DNA of 64,000 nucleotides, taken from assembly GCF_964213995.1 (NCBI RefSeq), contig NW_027590476.1, positions 62,001 through 126,000 of the forward strand, read 5' to 3'. The position numbers were made by a program, and so were the translations under genes. Shown here piece after piece: positions 51,643 through 64,000 of the stretch (positions are counted from its first letter, which is position 1; each line of letters begins with the position of its first letter). The notes under the pieces were generated by a model that saw only the letters and a list, made by a program, of their open reading frames with translations, was not told the origin of the DNA and ran no database searches. The stretch comes from Mustelus asterias (lineage: Eukaryota).

Positions 51643-51935
51643 TACAGTGTCGAAGGAGGCCATTCAGCCCATCGAGCCTGCACCGACAACAATCCCATCC
51701 AGGCCCTATCCACATATTTACCTGTTAATCCCCCTGATACCAAGTGGCAATTTATCATGGCCAATCCGTCTAACCAGCACATCTTTGGACTGTGGAAGGA
51801 AACCGGAACACCCGGAGAAAACCCACACAGACACGGGGAGAATGTAGAAACTCTGCACAGACAGCGACCCGAGGCTGGAATTGAACCCGGGTCCCTGGCG
51901 CTGTTAGGCAGCTGCACTAACCACTGTGCCACCGG
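51643..51935 (-). mobile_element. HE1-type V-SINE
   Basis: Reverse complement of the SINE seen at 1825-2168. Confidence 0.8.
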
Positions 51936-51990
51936 GCCACATGTCAGTGCCATCGCCCGACTCCAGCCCAGTCTCAGCTCATCTGGAACC

Positions 51991-52154
51991 CTCACCCATT
52001 CCATTGTGACGTCACACTCTCACCCATTCCATTGTGACGTCACACTCTCAACCATTCCATTGTGACGTCACACTCTCACCCATTCCATTGTGATGTCACA
52101 CTCCCACCCATTCCATTGTGACGTCACACTCTCACCCATTCCATTGTGACGTCA
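51991..52154. repeat. 28-bp minisatellite x6 carrying CRE palindromes
   Basis: Unit CTCACCCATTCCATTGTGACGTCACACT at 51991, 52019, 52047, 52075, 52103 and 52131; TGACGTCA is intact in 5 of 6. Confidence 0.92.
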
Positions 52155-52159
52155 GGGCT

Positions 52160-52720
52160 TCCCTCTCCGATCACAATCCCTCCCGGCCTCCCACATGCAG
52201 CCTCAATGGCGGCAGTCAGCCCGGGTCTAACACTACAAGCTGCCGCTCCATTTGGTACAAAGGGGGGGACCGGGAAGTTCATTTCCGGGGTTTGGGTTTG
52301 AACAACATGTTTACAAAGTCTCTCCACCCACCCGCCACATTTATCATTCCCCGTGCGCCGCCCTCTACCTCGTATTGATCTCGCTTCCAAGTTAAAACCG
52401 TCCGTCTGTCCGTCGCCATTACCCGCACTGCGCATGCTTCAGGCCCCGCCCCTCATTCACTCCGATTGGTTGGAGGACCTGCCGCTCTCGCTCGGTCCTC
52501 CAGTCCCGCCCCTCGTTCACGCCGATTGGTTGGAGGACCTGCCAGTCCCGCCCCCTCTTCCTATTGGTCCGGAGCTGCCGTCAATCAGTCCCCGGGCATT
52601 GTGATGTGGAGCATGCGCATTGTCATTGCTGTTCTTGGCGCTTGTTTGTCCCGGAGAAGCGGAGTCAGCGTTAGGCGGTGGCTGGGAGGATTTGGAAACA
52701 CTTTGTGGATCCGCAAACCC
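52160..52720. promoter_or_regulatory. CpG-rich putative bidirectional promoter between divergent zinc-finger genes
   Basis: YY1-like AATGGCGGC, ETS-like CGGGAAGT/TTTCCGG, NRF1-like TGCGCATGC x2, GC boxes CCCGCCC x3 and inverted CCAAT x3. Lies between the - and + ZNF ORFs. Confidence 0.7.
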
Positions 52721-52913
52721 TTCAGAATCATTGTCAGCTCCCTGGTTTGCAGCTGCGGGGCTTCTCCCTCCCTCCCAGGAACAGGGCCAGGTGGGCGGGG
52801 AGGATTCATAAACACCCGCTGGAGGCCCCAACAGCCCCAGTAAAAAGCTGCAGCTCCCTGCAGTGACCAGGAGAGAAAATACCCATTAAAATAGCAATTC
52901 TCCCAATGTATTT

Positions 52914-53227
52914 CATAGAATCTCTACAGTGCTGAAGGAGGTTATTCGGCCCATCGAGTCTGCACTGGCAACAATCCCACCTAGGCCCTATTCCGGTAAC
53001 CCCACATATGTAACCTGCTAATCCCTCTAACATACTCATCCCAGGACACTAAGGGGCAATTTAGCATAGCCAATGCACCTAACTAGTATCTCTTTGGACG
53101 ATGGGAAGAAACCGGAGCATCTGGAGAAAACCCAGGCAGACATGGGGAGAACGGGCAGACTCCACACGGACAGTGACCCAAGCTGGAAATCGAGCTGTGA
53201 GGTAGCAGTGCTAACCACTGTGCCGCC
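52914..53227 (-). mobile_element. HE1-type V-SINE
   Basis: Reverse complement of the SINE seen at 1825-2168. Confidence 0.8.
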
Positions 53228-54204
53228 AACATTGCTGATGAGAATTTTAATTTACTGACTTGGGAATTAATTCTCGGGAATAGTCATTCTGAAAATGACC
53301 ATTAAAATGTGTTTTAATTTACCACATGATGCCAGATTTCAGTTTGCATTTCAAAATTGAATTGAGAATGTCTGGGAGCAAATGGTAAAATGAGGTTTGA
53401 GACACCAGCTGCAATTATTTTCTGTGACTGATGATACCTTTGTGCCTGTGCAGGAGGTAATTCCCCTGCTGTTGTGGCACAAATAAAATGGAGCCTTTCC
53501 GAGGAACAGGCCCATGTTAATGGTCACCGTGGTGTTTCATTGGTGAGCAGAGCACATGTGACTATTGTGGTAACAACAGAGTCAGTGGGGCTGCACGTCC
53601 CCTGACTTGGAAGGAAAATAATTGACTCCTTGATTGTACTCTCAATCTGTACATGGTCTGGAGGACTGAATCCAGCTGGAGGGAGAGGGAGCTGGGCTCA
53701 GAGTGGAGATGAGACAATGAGTTTGATTTCAGCTCAGGGACAAGAGAGAGTGTGGGATGGGGATGACAGCTCAAGATAAATAAGATGGAGAAATGTTTCG
53801 TGGAAACTGAAATTGTCTGTTCTCAAGTAATTTTTTAAAACTCTTTTTGCAGGGAACTACAAGAGGAGGATTCACAGACAGGAAACAAACTAAACTTCAG
53901 ATCAAAGTCTGACAGAACCATTCGATTCATCATGACCTGAATATGATTGCTTTTGACAGTGGAGGGAGAAATCATTCCCTGTTTTGTCAGTGGGAGAAAA
54001 TTTCAAAATTCAATGTGACAGAAAAAGAACTGAGACACACACACACACACTCCAGTGAACTGACTGTGAATCGAGCTTTAACCAGTAACACAGCCTGAAA
54101 AACATCACACCATTCACAGTGGGGAGAAACCATACACATGGTGTGTATGTGGATGAGGCTTCAACTAATCATCCAACCTGGAGAGACAGAAGGACACCAG
54201 CACC

Positions 54205-55155
54205 ATGGACAAACCGTGGAAATGTGAGGATTGTGGTAAAGGATTCAATTATCCATCCCGGTTGGAAACCCATCGACACGGTCACATTGGGGCTGGGAAA
54301 ATGAAGAAACCATGGAAATGTGATGATTGTGGTAAAGGATTCAATTATCCATACTTGCTGGAAAACCATAGACACAGTCACACTGGAGAGAGGCCATTCA
54401 TCTGTTCTGTGTGTGGGAAACGATTCACTACCTCATCCCACCTGCTGTTACACCAGCGAACTCACACTGAGGAGAGGCCGTTCAGCTGCTCCACCTGTGG
54501 AAAGGGGTTCTCATGTTCATCCAACCTCAGTGCACATCAGCGAGTTCACACTGGGGAGACATTGTTCACCTGCTCCTTATGTGGGAAGGATTTTGCTGGG
54601 CCATCCGGTCTTTGGTCACACCAGCGAATTCACACAGGAGAGAAGCCATTCACCTGTTCTGTGTGTGGTAAGAGATTCACTCTGTCATCTAACCTGCTGT
54701 CACACCAGCGAGTTCACACAGAGGAGAGACCGTTCAGCTGCACTTCCTGTGGAAAGAGGTTCAGGTCTTCATCCAACCTCAGTGCACACAAGCGAGTTCA
54801 CACTGGGGAAAGGCCGTTCACCTGTTCCACGTGTGGGAGGGAATTCACCAATTCACCCGGCCTCCTGTCACATCAGCGAATTCACACTGAGGAGAAACCA
54901 TTTATTTGCACATACTGTGGAAAGAGTTTCAGGCAGTTATCAATCCTCACTGCACATCAACGCACTCACACTGGGGAGAGACCATTCACTTGCTCCATGT
55001 GTGGGAAGGGATTCACTCAGTCTGGCAGCCTGCATTTACATGAGCTCATCCACACTGGGGAGAGGCCATTCACCTGCTCTGTGTGTGGGAAGGGATACAC
55101 TCGGTCATCCCACTTGCTGACACATCTGCAAGTTCACAATTGCCTGCAGGAGTAG
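54205..55155 (+). CDS. C2H2 zinc-finger protein (11 fingers)
   Basis: 316-aa ORF with repeated C-x2-C...H-x3-H and TGE(R/K)PF linkers. Acceptor at ~53852 is followed by decayed upstream finger sequence. Confidence 0.9.
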   Translation: MDKPWKCEDCGKGFNYPSRLETHRHGHIGAGKMKKPWKCDDCGKGFNYPYLLENHRHSHTGERPFICSVCGKRFTTSSHLLLHQRTHTEERPFSCSTCGKGFSCSSNLSAHQRVHTGETLFTCSLCGKDFAGPSGLWSHQRIHTGEKPFTCSVCGKRFTLSSNLLSHQRVHTEERPFSCTSCGKRFRSSSNLSAHKRVHTGERPFTCSTCGREFTNSPGLLSHQRIHTEEKPFICTYCGKSFRQLSILTAHQRTHTGERPFTCSMCGKGFTQSGSLHLHELIHTGERPFTCSVCGKGYTRSSHLLTHLQVHNCLQE

Positions 55156-56090
55156 GATTTTGCAGTTACTGCAGCTGTTAATCACATCCAGGATTGATAG
55201 TCTGACAATATTTGGTTTGTTTCTGCTGACATTAACAATCGCGACAACTGGCTGAAGTTTAATATTCTGAGATGTCACTGATTTTCAGGGCTGCTGTGTC
55301 CCTTTTTAAAAGCACCATCTGTGATTTTTTTAAATTCAGGAACTCTCAACAGGAACTTGTTTATAATAAGTTTATGAACTTTTCCTGAAATCTTAAATTG
55401 ATGTTTGGTGCAAACTGTACAATTCAGTGTCTGAAAGGTTCCACTGATTAAGATTTCCAATTCGAAAATACTGACAATTCTTACTAACTTGCACATTATT
55501 CACAGTGACACTTCCACGATCACATTTAATTATCAAGGAACATAAAACAATGCACAGATACTTGTTAGAACTGAACTTGAATATTGCTGAAAAGAGAGAC
55601 CTGTTGCTGAATCTCTTCATCATGCACTCATCAGGACAAACAGAAGAATGCCAAATTTCAAATGATCGCAATTGGTGGAGTCTCATTGACTTGAAGCATC
55701 ACCATGGAGAAATCAATAGAAGACTGTAGGTTTCTCAAGCTTCTGGGAAATTCAAAAAAGGTGCAAGACTTGAAAATTCTCCTTTTGTTTGCAGGGAAAG
55801 GATCGCTGCGTATAAATGTAAGTTGCTTCTCACAACTATAACTATGAACTCGACTGATTATCTTCAATTGATTATGAGTGTAGCTATTGGCACACTCAGG
55901 ATTGTTCAGCAAGTGCTGCCCAATCTGTAATCACAGTAAACATTGTATTTTTGGTTTTGTGAGTGTGGGCTGCTGAAAAAAAACACTACTTATTCTGACA
56001 AATCAAGGAACATGCTGTTTTGTTCTATCAGCCACTCACTGGGATGTCCAGCCTCGTACCCGGCACTACACTGGCAAAGATATTCATAAT

Positions 56091-56646
56091 GTGGAGATGC
56101 CGGCGTTGGACTGGGGTAAACACAGTAAGAGTTTTAACAACACCAGGTTAAAGTCCAACAGGTTTATTTGGTAGCAAATACCGTTAGCTTTCGGAGCGCT
56201 GCTCCTTTATCAGATGGAGTGGAAATCTGCTCTGAAACGGCACAGAGACACAAAATCAAGTTACAGAAGACTGATTAGAATGCGAATCTCTACAGCCAAC
56301 CAGGTCTTAAAGATACAGACAATGTGAGTGGAGGGAGCATTAAGCACAGGTTAAAGAGATGTGTATTGTCTCCAGACAGGACAGCCAGTGAGATTCTGCA
56401 AGTCCAGGAGGCAAGCTGTGAGGGTTACTGTCTGGAGACAATACACATCTCTTTAACCTGTGCTTAAGGCTCCCTCCACTCACATTGTCTGTATCTTTAA
56501 GACCTGGTTAGCAGTAGAGATTCGCATTCTCATCAGTATTCTGTAACTTGATTTTGTGTCTCTGTGCCCTGTTTGAGAGCAGATTTCCACTCCATCTGAC
56601 GAAGGAGCAGCGCTCCGAAAGCTAATGGTATTTGCTACCAAATAAA
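56091..56646. mobile_element. Foldback Penelope terminal-repeat pair
   Basis: ~56165-56380 is the reverse complement of ~56428-56646; both resemble 13377-13670. Confidence 0.85.
56592..56628 (+). ncRNA. Minimal type I hammerhead ribozyme
   Basis: CCAU-CUGACGA-A-GGAGC(AGC)GCUCC-GAAA-GC-UA-AUGG. Confidence 0.7.
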
Positions 56647-57149
56647 GATATTCATACCCAGTCTTGCTCAGTTGTGTGGGAGGCTGAATTCCTTTTTGGT
56701 GCTGGCAGCTAATTAGTGGAAAGTATCACTCGTGTAACCACGACATAGCCGCAGAATGAAACAGATTAGTGTTCCCTCTGTATTGTGCAGCCTTGTGATT
56801 GTGCTAAAGGCCATCACTTTCAGATCTGAAAAGTGCCTGGGTCAAGGTCAAATTACCCCAGAAAGGGAAAATTTCTCTCAAATCTGAAGCACCAGGTTAA
56901 ACAAATCATTTCACACTGAAACACATCTTCAACGTTGCGGTAGTTTGTTCAGTTACACACTTGGTGGTCACGTGACTCTGGTTGTAGCATTCCTGAGCCT
57001 CATTGGAGGGATTCCTCACATGAGCCGAGTTTGAGGAGAGTATCTCTGGCCTCCAGTGATGCAGCCGCTGAATCTATTCCTGGAAAAAACACATTTGGAA
57101 TATTGTGATAATGCTGTCTGAATCCATCAGGACAATTTTGTATTCAAGT

Positions 57150-60100
57150 GTGGGGGGGATAATGTTCACTGTTTTATATTCGGGTCTGGGGGGGGATAAT
57201 GTTCACTGTTTTATATTCGGGTCTGGGGGGGGATAATGTTCACTGTTTTATATTCGGGTCTGGGGGAGAATATTCACAGTTTTATATTCGGGTCTGGGGG
57301 ATAATGTTCACTGTTTTATATTCGGGTCTGGGGGGGATAATGTTCACTGTTTTATATTCGGGTCTGGGGGGGATAATGTTCACTGCTTTATATTCGGGTC
57401 TGGGGGATAATGTTCACTGTTTTATATTCGGGTCTGGGGGGGATAATGTTCACTGTTTTATATTCGGGTCTGGGGGGGATAATGTTCACTGTTTTATATT
57501 CGGGTCTGGGGGTGATAATGTTCACTGTTTTATATTCGGGTCTGGGGGGAATAATGTTCAGTGTTTTATATTCGGGTCTGGGGGGGATAATGTTCACTGT
57601 TTTATATTCGGGTCTGGGGGGGATAATGTTCACTGTTTTATATTCGGGTCTGGGGGATAATGTTCACTGTTTTATATTCGCGTCTGGGGGGGATAATGTT
57701 CACTGTTTTATATTCGGGTCTGGGGGGGATGATGTTCACTGTTTTATATTCGGGTCTGGGGGATAATGTTCACTGTTTTATATTTGGGTCTGGGGGATAA
57801 TGTTCACATGATTTATATTCGGGTCTGGGGGGAGAATGTTACATAAGAACATAAGAAATAGGAGCAGGAGTAGGCCGTCTAGCCCCTCAAGCCTGCCCCG
57901 CCATTCAATAAGATCATGGCTGATCTGAAGTGGATTAGTTCCACTTACCCGCCTGATCCCTATAACCCCTAATTCCCTTACCGATCAGGAATCCATCTCT
58001 CCGTGATTTAAACATATTCAACGAGGTAGCCTCCACCACTTCAGTGGGCAGAGAATTCCAGAGATTCACCACCCTCTGAGAGAAGAAGTTCCTCCTCAAC
58101 TCTGTCCTAAACTGACCCCCCCTTTATTTTGAGGCTGTGCCCTCTAGTTCCAGTTTCCTTTCTAAGTGGAAAGAATCTCTCCACCTCTACCCTATCCAGC
58201 CCCTTCATTATCTTATAGGTCTCTATAAGATCCCCCCTCAGCCTTCTAAATTCCAATGAGTACAAACCCAGTCTGCTCAGTCTCTCCTCATAATCAACAC
58301 CCCTCATCTCTGGTATCAACCTGGTGAACCTTCTCTGCACTCCCTCCAAGGTCAATATATCCTTCCGCTAATAAGGGGACCAATACTGCACACAGTATTC
58401 CAGCTGCGGCCTCACCAATGCCCTGTACAGATGCAGCAAGACATCTCTGCTTTTATATTCTGTCCCCCTTGCGATATAGGCCAACATCCCATTTGCCTTC
58501 TTGATCACCTGTTTCACCTGCAGACTGGGTTTTTGCGTCTCATGCACAAGAACCCCCAGGTCACTGCTTCATATACGGATCTGGAGGATAATGTTCACTG
58601 TTTTATATTCGGGTCTGGGGGGGTTAATGTTCACTGTTTTATATTCGGGTCTGGGGGGGGATAATGTTCAATGTTTTATATTTGGGTCTGGGGGGGGATA
58701 ATATTCACTGTTTTATATTTGGATCTGGGGGGGATAATGTTCACTGTTTTATATTCGGGTCTGGGAGGGATAATGTTCACTGTTTTATATTTGGGTCTGG
58801 GGGGGATAATGTTCACTGTTTTATATTCGGATCTGGGGGGGATAATGTTCACTGTTTTATATTCGGGTCTGGGGGGGATAATGTTCACTGTTTTATATTC
58901 GGATCTGGGGGGGATAATGTTCACTGTTTTATATTCGGGTCTGGGGGATAATGTTCACTGTTTTATATTCGGGTCTGGGGGGCATAATGTTCACTGTTTT
59001 ATATTCGGGTCTGGGGGGGATAATGTTCACTGTTTTATATTCGGGTCTGGGGGGGATAATGTTCACTGTTTTATATTCGGATCTGGGGGATAATGTTCAC
59101 TGTTTTATATTCGGGTCTGGGGGGGGGATAATGTTCACTGTTTTATATTCGGGTCTGGGGGGGATAATGTTCAATGTTTTATATTTGGGTCTGGGGGCGG
59201 ATAATATTCACTGTTTTATATTCGGATCTGGGGGGGATAATGTTCGCTGTTTTATATTCGGGTCTGAGGGATAATGTTCACTGTTTTATATTTGGGTCTG
59301 GGGGGGATAATGTTCACTGTTTTATATTCGGATCTGGGGGGGATAATGTTCATTGTTTTACATTCGGGTCTGAGGGATAATGTTCACTGTTTTATATTTG
59401 GGTCTGGGGGGGATAATGTTCACTGTTTTATATTTGGGTCTGGGGGGGATAATGTTCATTGTTTTATATTCGGGTCTGGGGGGGATAATGTTCACTGTTT
59501 TATATTTGGGTCTGGGGGATATTGTTCACTGTTTTATATTCGGGTCTGGGGGGGATAATGTTCACTGTTTTATATTCGGGTCTGGGGGGGATAATGTTCA
59601 CTGTTTTATATTCCGGTCTGGGGGATAATGTTCACTGTTTTATATTCGGATCTGGGGGGGATAATGTTCACTGTTTTATATTCGGATCTGGGGGGGATAA
59701 TGTTCATTGTTTTATATTCGGGTCTGAGGGATAATGTTCACTGTTTTATATTTGGGTCTGGGGGGGATAATGTTCACTGTTTTATATTCGGGTCTGGGGG
59801 GATAATGTTCATTGTTTTATATTCGGGTCTGGGGGGGATAATGTTCATTGTTTTATATTCGGGTCTGGGGGGGATAATGTTCATTGTTTTATATTCGGGT
59901 CTGGGGGGGATAATGTTCATTGTTTTATATTCGGATCTGGGAGGGATAATGTTCACTGTTTTATATTGGGGTCTGGGGGCGATAATGTTCACTGTTTTAT
60001 ATTCGGGTCTGGGGGGGGATAATGTTCATTGTTTTATATTCGGGTCTGGGGAGGATAATGTTCATTGTTTTATATTCGGATCTGGGAGGGATAATGTTCA

Positions 60101-62597
60101 CTGTTTTATATTGGGGTCTGGGGGATAATGTTCACTGTTTTATATTCGGGTCTGGGGGGGATAATGTTCACTGTTTTATATTCGGGTCTGGGGGGGATAA
60201 TTTCACTGTTTTATATTTGGGTCCGGGGGGGATAATGTTCACTGTTTTATATTCGGGTCTGGGGGATAATGTTCACTGTTTTATATTCGGGTCGGGGGGG
60301 GGATAATGTTCACTGTTTTATATTCGGGTCTGGGGCGGGATAATGTTCACTGTTTTATATTCGCGTCTGGGGGGAATAATGTTCATTGTTTTATATTTGG
60401 GTCAGGGGGAATAATGTTCACTGTTTTATATTCGGGTCTGGGGGGATAATGTTCATTGTTTTATATTTGCATCTGGGGGATAATGTTCACTGTTTTTATT
60501 TGGGTCTGGGGGGGATAATGTTCACTGTTTTATATTCGGGTCTGGGGGGGACAATGTCCACTGTTTTATATTTGGGTCTGGGGGATAATGTTCAGTGTTT
60601 TATATTCGGGACTGGGGGATAATGTTCACTATTTTATATTCCGGTCTGGGGGAAGAATGTTCATTACTTTATATTCGGGTCTGGGAGATAATGTTCACTG
60701 TTTTATATTCGGGTCTGGGGGGGATAATGTTCACTGTTTTATATTCGGGTCTGAGGGGATAATGTTCACTGTTTTATGTTCGGGTCTGGGGCGGGATAAT
60801 GTTCACTGTTTTATATTCGGGTCTGGGGGGAATAATGTTCATTGTTTTATATTTGGGTCAGGGGGAATAATGTTCACTGTTTTATATTCGGGTCTGGGGG
60901 GATAATGTTCATTGTTTTATATTTGCGTCTGGGGGATAATGTTCACTGTTTTTATTTGGGTCTGGGGGACAATGTCCACTGTTTTATATTTGGGTCTGTG
61001 GGATAATGTTCAGTGTTTTACGTTCGGGACTGGGGGATAATGTTCACTATTTTATATTCCGGTCTGGGGGAAGAATGTTCATTACTTTATATTCGGGTCT
61101 GGGAGATAATGTTCACTGTTTTATATTCGGGTCTGGGGGGATAATGTTCACTGTTTTATATTCGGGTCTGAGGGGATAATGTTCACTGTTTTATATTCGT
61201 GTCTGAGGGATAATGTTCACTGTTTTATATTTGGGTCTGGGGGATAATGTTCACTGTTTTATATTCGGGTCTGGGGGATAATGTTCACTGTTTTATATTC
61301 GGGTCTGGGGGGGATAATGTTCACTGTTTTATATTCAGGTCTGGGGGGAGGATAATGTTCACTGTTTTATATTCGGGTCTGGGGGGAATAATGTTCATTG
61401 TTTTATATTCGGGTCTGGGGGGGATAATGTTCACTGTTTTATATTCGGGTCTGGGGGGATAATTTTCACTGTTTTTATTTGGGTCTGGTGGACAATGTCC
61501 ACTGTTTTATATTTGGGTCTGGGGGATAATGTTCAGTGTTTTATATTCGGGACTGGGGGATAATGTTCACTATTTTATATTCCGGTCTGGGGGGAGAATG
61601 TTCATTACTTTATATTCGGGTCTGGGGGGGATAATGTTCACTGTTTTATATTCGGGTCTGAGGGGATAATGTTCACTGTTTTATATTCGGGTCTGGGGGG
61701 GATAATGTTCACTGTTTTATATTTGGGTCTGGGGGATAATGTTCGCTGTTTTATATTCAGATCTGGGGGGGATAATGTTCATTGTTTTATATTCGGTTCT
61801 GAGGGATAATGTTCACTGTTTTATATTCGGGTCTGGGGGGGATAATGTTCACTGTTTTATATTCGGATCTGGGGGGGATAATGTTCATTGTTTTATATTC
61901 GGATCTGGGGGGGATAATGTTCATTGTTTTATATTCGGGTCTGGGGGGGATAATGTTCACTGTTTTATATTCGGGTCTGGGGGGGATAATGTTCACTGTT
62001 TTTATTTGGGTCTGGGGGACAATGTCCACTGTTTTATATTTGGGTCTGGGGGATAATGTTCAGTGTTTTATATTCGGGACTGGGGGATAATGTTCACTAT
62101 TTTATATTCCGGTCTGGGGGGAGAATGTTCATTACTTTATATTCGGGTCTGGGAGATAATGTTCACTGTTTTATATTTGGGTCTGGGGGGGGATAATGTT
62201 CACTGTTTTATATTCGGGTCTGGGGGGATAATGTTCACTGTTTTATATTCGGGTCTGGGGGGGATAATGTTCACTGTTTTATATTCGGGTCTGGGGGGGA
62301 TAATGTTCACTGTTTTATATTCGGGTCTGGGGGAGATAATGTTCACTGTTTTATATTCGGGTCTGGGGGGGATAATGTTCACTGTTTTATATTCGGGTCT
62401 GGGGGGGATAATGTTCACTGTTTTACATTCGGGTCTGGGGGGATAATGTTCACTGTTTTATATTCGGGTCTGGGGGATAATGTTCACTGTTTTATATTCG
62501 GGTCTGGGGGGGATAATGTTCACTGTTTTATATTCGGGTCTGGGGGAGAATGTTCACTGTTTTATATTCGGGTCTGGGGGAGATAATGTTCACTGTC
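57150..62597. repeat. G-rich satellite, unit ATAATGTTCACTGTTTTATATTCGGGTCT + G5-9 (mode 36 bp), well over 100 copies
   Basis: Read directly; it explains the repetitive ORFs (GGDNVHCFIFGS)n. Confidence 0.97.
57841..58561 (-). mobile_element. 5'-truncated CR1 LINE inserted in the satellite
   Basis: (CATAAGAA)n tail and LEGVQRRFTRLIP...RLRGDLIETYK; splits a satellite unit at AATGTT|CACTG. Confidence 0.92.
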
Positions 62598-63324
62598 TGG
62601 GGTTTGTTCGCTCGGGTTGATTCTGCCTACTGTGCATTCTCGGTTGTCAGAGCTCTCAATAAAAGCCCTAATTTCCAGTCAGTGACTGAGTTGTCTCTGA
62701 TGGGATGGGGAACCAGAGTGGGGGTAATGTGGTTCATGGACAGCGATGGGTTGGAGTGAGTATAAAATAAACCCGTTCTGCACCAGGTAATTGTGAGAAC
62801 ATTAAAACCATCACAAAAAATCATAGCACCATGTTGGAAAACAGAATACTTTGGCTCAATCTTTGATCAATTTTGTTTGATTCAATATTTTGAGTGGCTT
62901 GTTGGATTGCTGGTTATTTTCTAACGGCAGCTCGGCACCATCATTTTGACCATCAACTCGGCCCTGGCGACTGCTGCATTTTTCCAGCACCTTCTGTTTT
63001 AATTTTAAGTGGAACCTTAATATCTGCTTAGTACACAGGCCAATTTATCATTCTAGGGGTGAGTGTGTCTGAGAGGTATGCAACTAGAAAACATTTTCCA
63101 TTCATCTCCTAGATTGCTGCAGTATATATACATTGTTCTCACTCTGCCAGCAGGGCTGTGAGATTAATTGGATCGATCTTAAAGACAGCCCGACTGGGCA
63201 GGATGAGCCAAATGGTTTCCATCTGTGATGTATCATTCCATAAAACAGAATATTCAGCATCAGGAAAAAGAAAGTGAAAGAAACCAATCTCTGTGGGATT
63301 TACCCAACCAGTATGAGCACCTTC

Positions 63325-64000
63325 AGATCTGCTCGGATGAGGAGGATCGCAACAGACACCTCCAGACGCTGAAAGATGCCCTCATAAGAACAGGATATGG
63401 CGCTCGACTCATCAATCAACAGTTCCGATGCGCCAGAGCGAAAAACCGCACCGACCTCCTCAGAAGACAAACACGGGACACAGTGGACAGAGTACCCTTC
63501 GTCGTCCAGTACTTCCCCGGAGCGGAGAAGCTACGGCATCTCCTCCGGAGCCTTCAACATGTCATTGATGAAGACGAACATCTCGCCAAGGCCATCCCCA
63601 CACCCCCACTTCTTGCCTTCAAACAACCACGCAACCTCAAACAGACCATTGTCCGCAGCAAACTACCCAGCCTTCAGGAGAACAGTGACCAGGACACCAC
63701 ACAACCCTGCCACAGCAACCTCTGCAAGACGTGCCGGATCATCGACACGGATGCCATCATCTCACGTGAGAACACCATCTACCAGGTACACGGTACCTAC
63801 TCTTGCAACTCGGCCAACGTTGTCTACCTGATACGCTGCAAGAAAGAATGTCCCGAGGCATGGTACATTGGGGAAACCATGCAGACGCTACGACAATGGA
63901 TGAATGAACACCGCTCGACAATCACCAGGCGAGACTGTTCTCTTCCTGTGGGGGAGCACTTCAGCGGTCACGGGCATTCAGCCTTGGATCTTCAGGTAAG
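63325..64000 (+). mobile_element. Penelope-like element, 5' truncated, runs off the window
   Basis: Highly similar to the reverse complement of ~13800-14478 (ICSDEEDRNRHL...VVYLIRC...YIGET). Confidence 0.92.

Noticed and set aside
47800-55120. Alternate-frame ORFs overlapping the zinc-finger genes
   Set aside because: Shadow frames of repetitive finger codons.
57199-62446. Many ORFs with (GGDNVHCFIFGS)n or (GGIMFTVLYSGL)n
   Set aside because: These are translations of the 36-bp satellite.

Overview
Eukaryotic, not prokaryotic: cartilaginous-fish (shark-type) genomic DNA, judged from HE1/V-SINEs, shark-type CR1 and Penelope elements and NAR-TCR segments. Bases ~6-41 kb are the V-segment edge of a T-cell receptor alpha/delta locus. 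It holds three apparently intact conventional V genes (all minus strand), four V pseudogenes or fragments, and two NAR-TCR cassettes (VNAR-like V, dedicated J, leaderless supporting V-delta). The cassettes form a ~12 kb tail-to-tail inverted pair: the + copy is intact and the - copy is decayed. Two features stand out. (1) Each supporting V is followed by a tandem array of 61-bp units that each carry a full 23-RSS (5 on +, 6 on -), and the two arrays meet at ~13065. (2) Both NAR-TCR V segments end in a long D-like tail plus a 12-RSS facing a 23-RSS J with no free D, which suggests a germline-joined V-D. A two-exon GPR139-like GPCR sits among the V genes. The right end has nested CR1 LINEs, a head-to-head C2H2 zinc-finger pair around a CpG promoter with a CRE minisatellite, a 5.4 kb 36-bp G-rich satellite, and Penelope elements carrying minimal hammerhead ribozymes. 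No D-delta, TCR J-alpha/J-delta or C exons were seen. Everything was read by eye; repeat boundaries are approximate and no database search was run.
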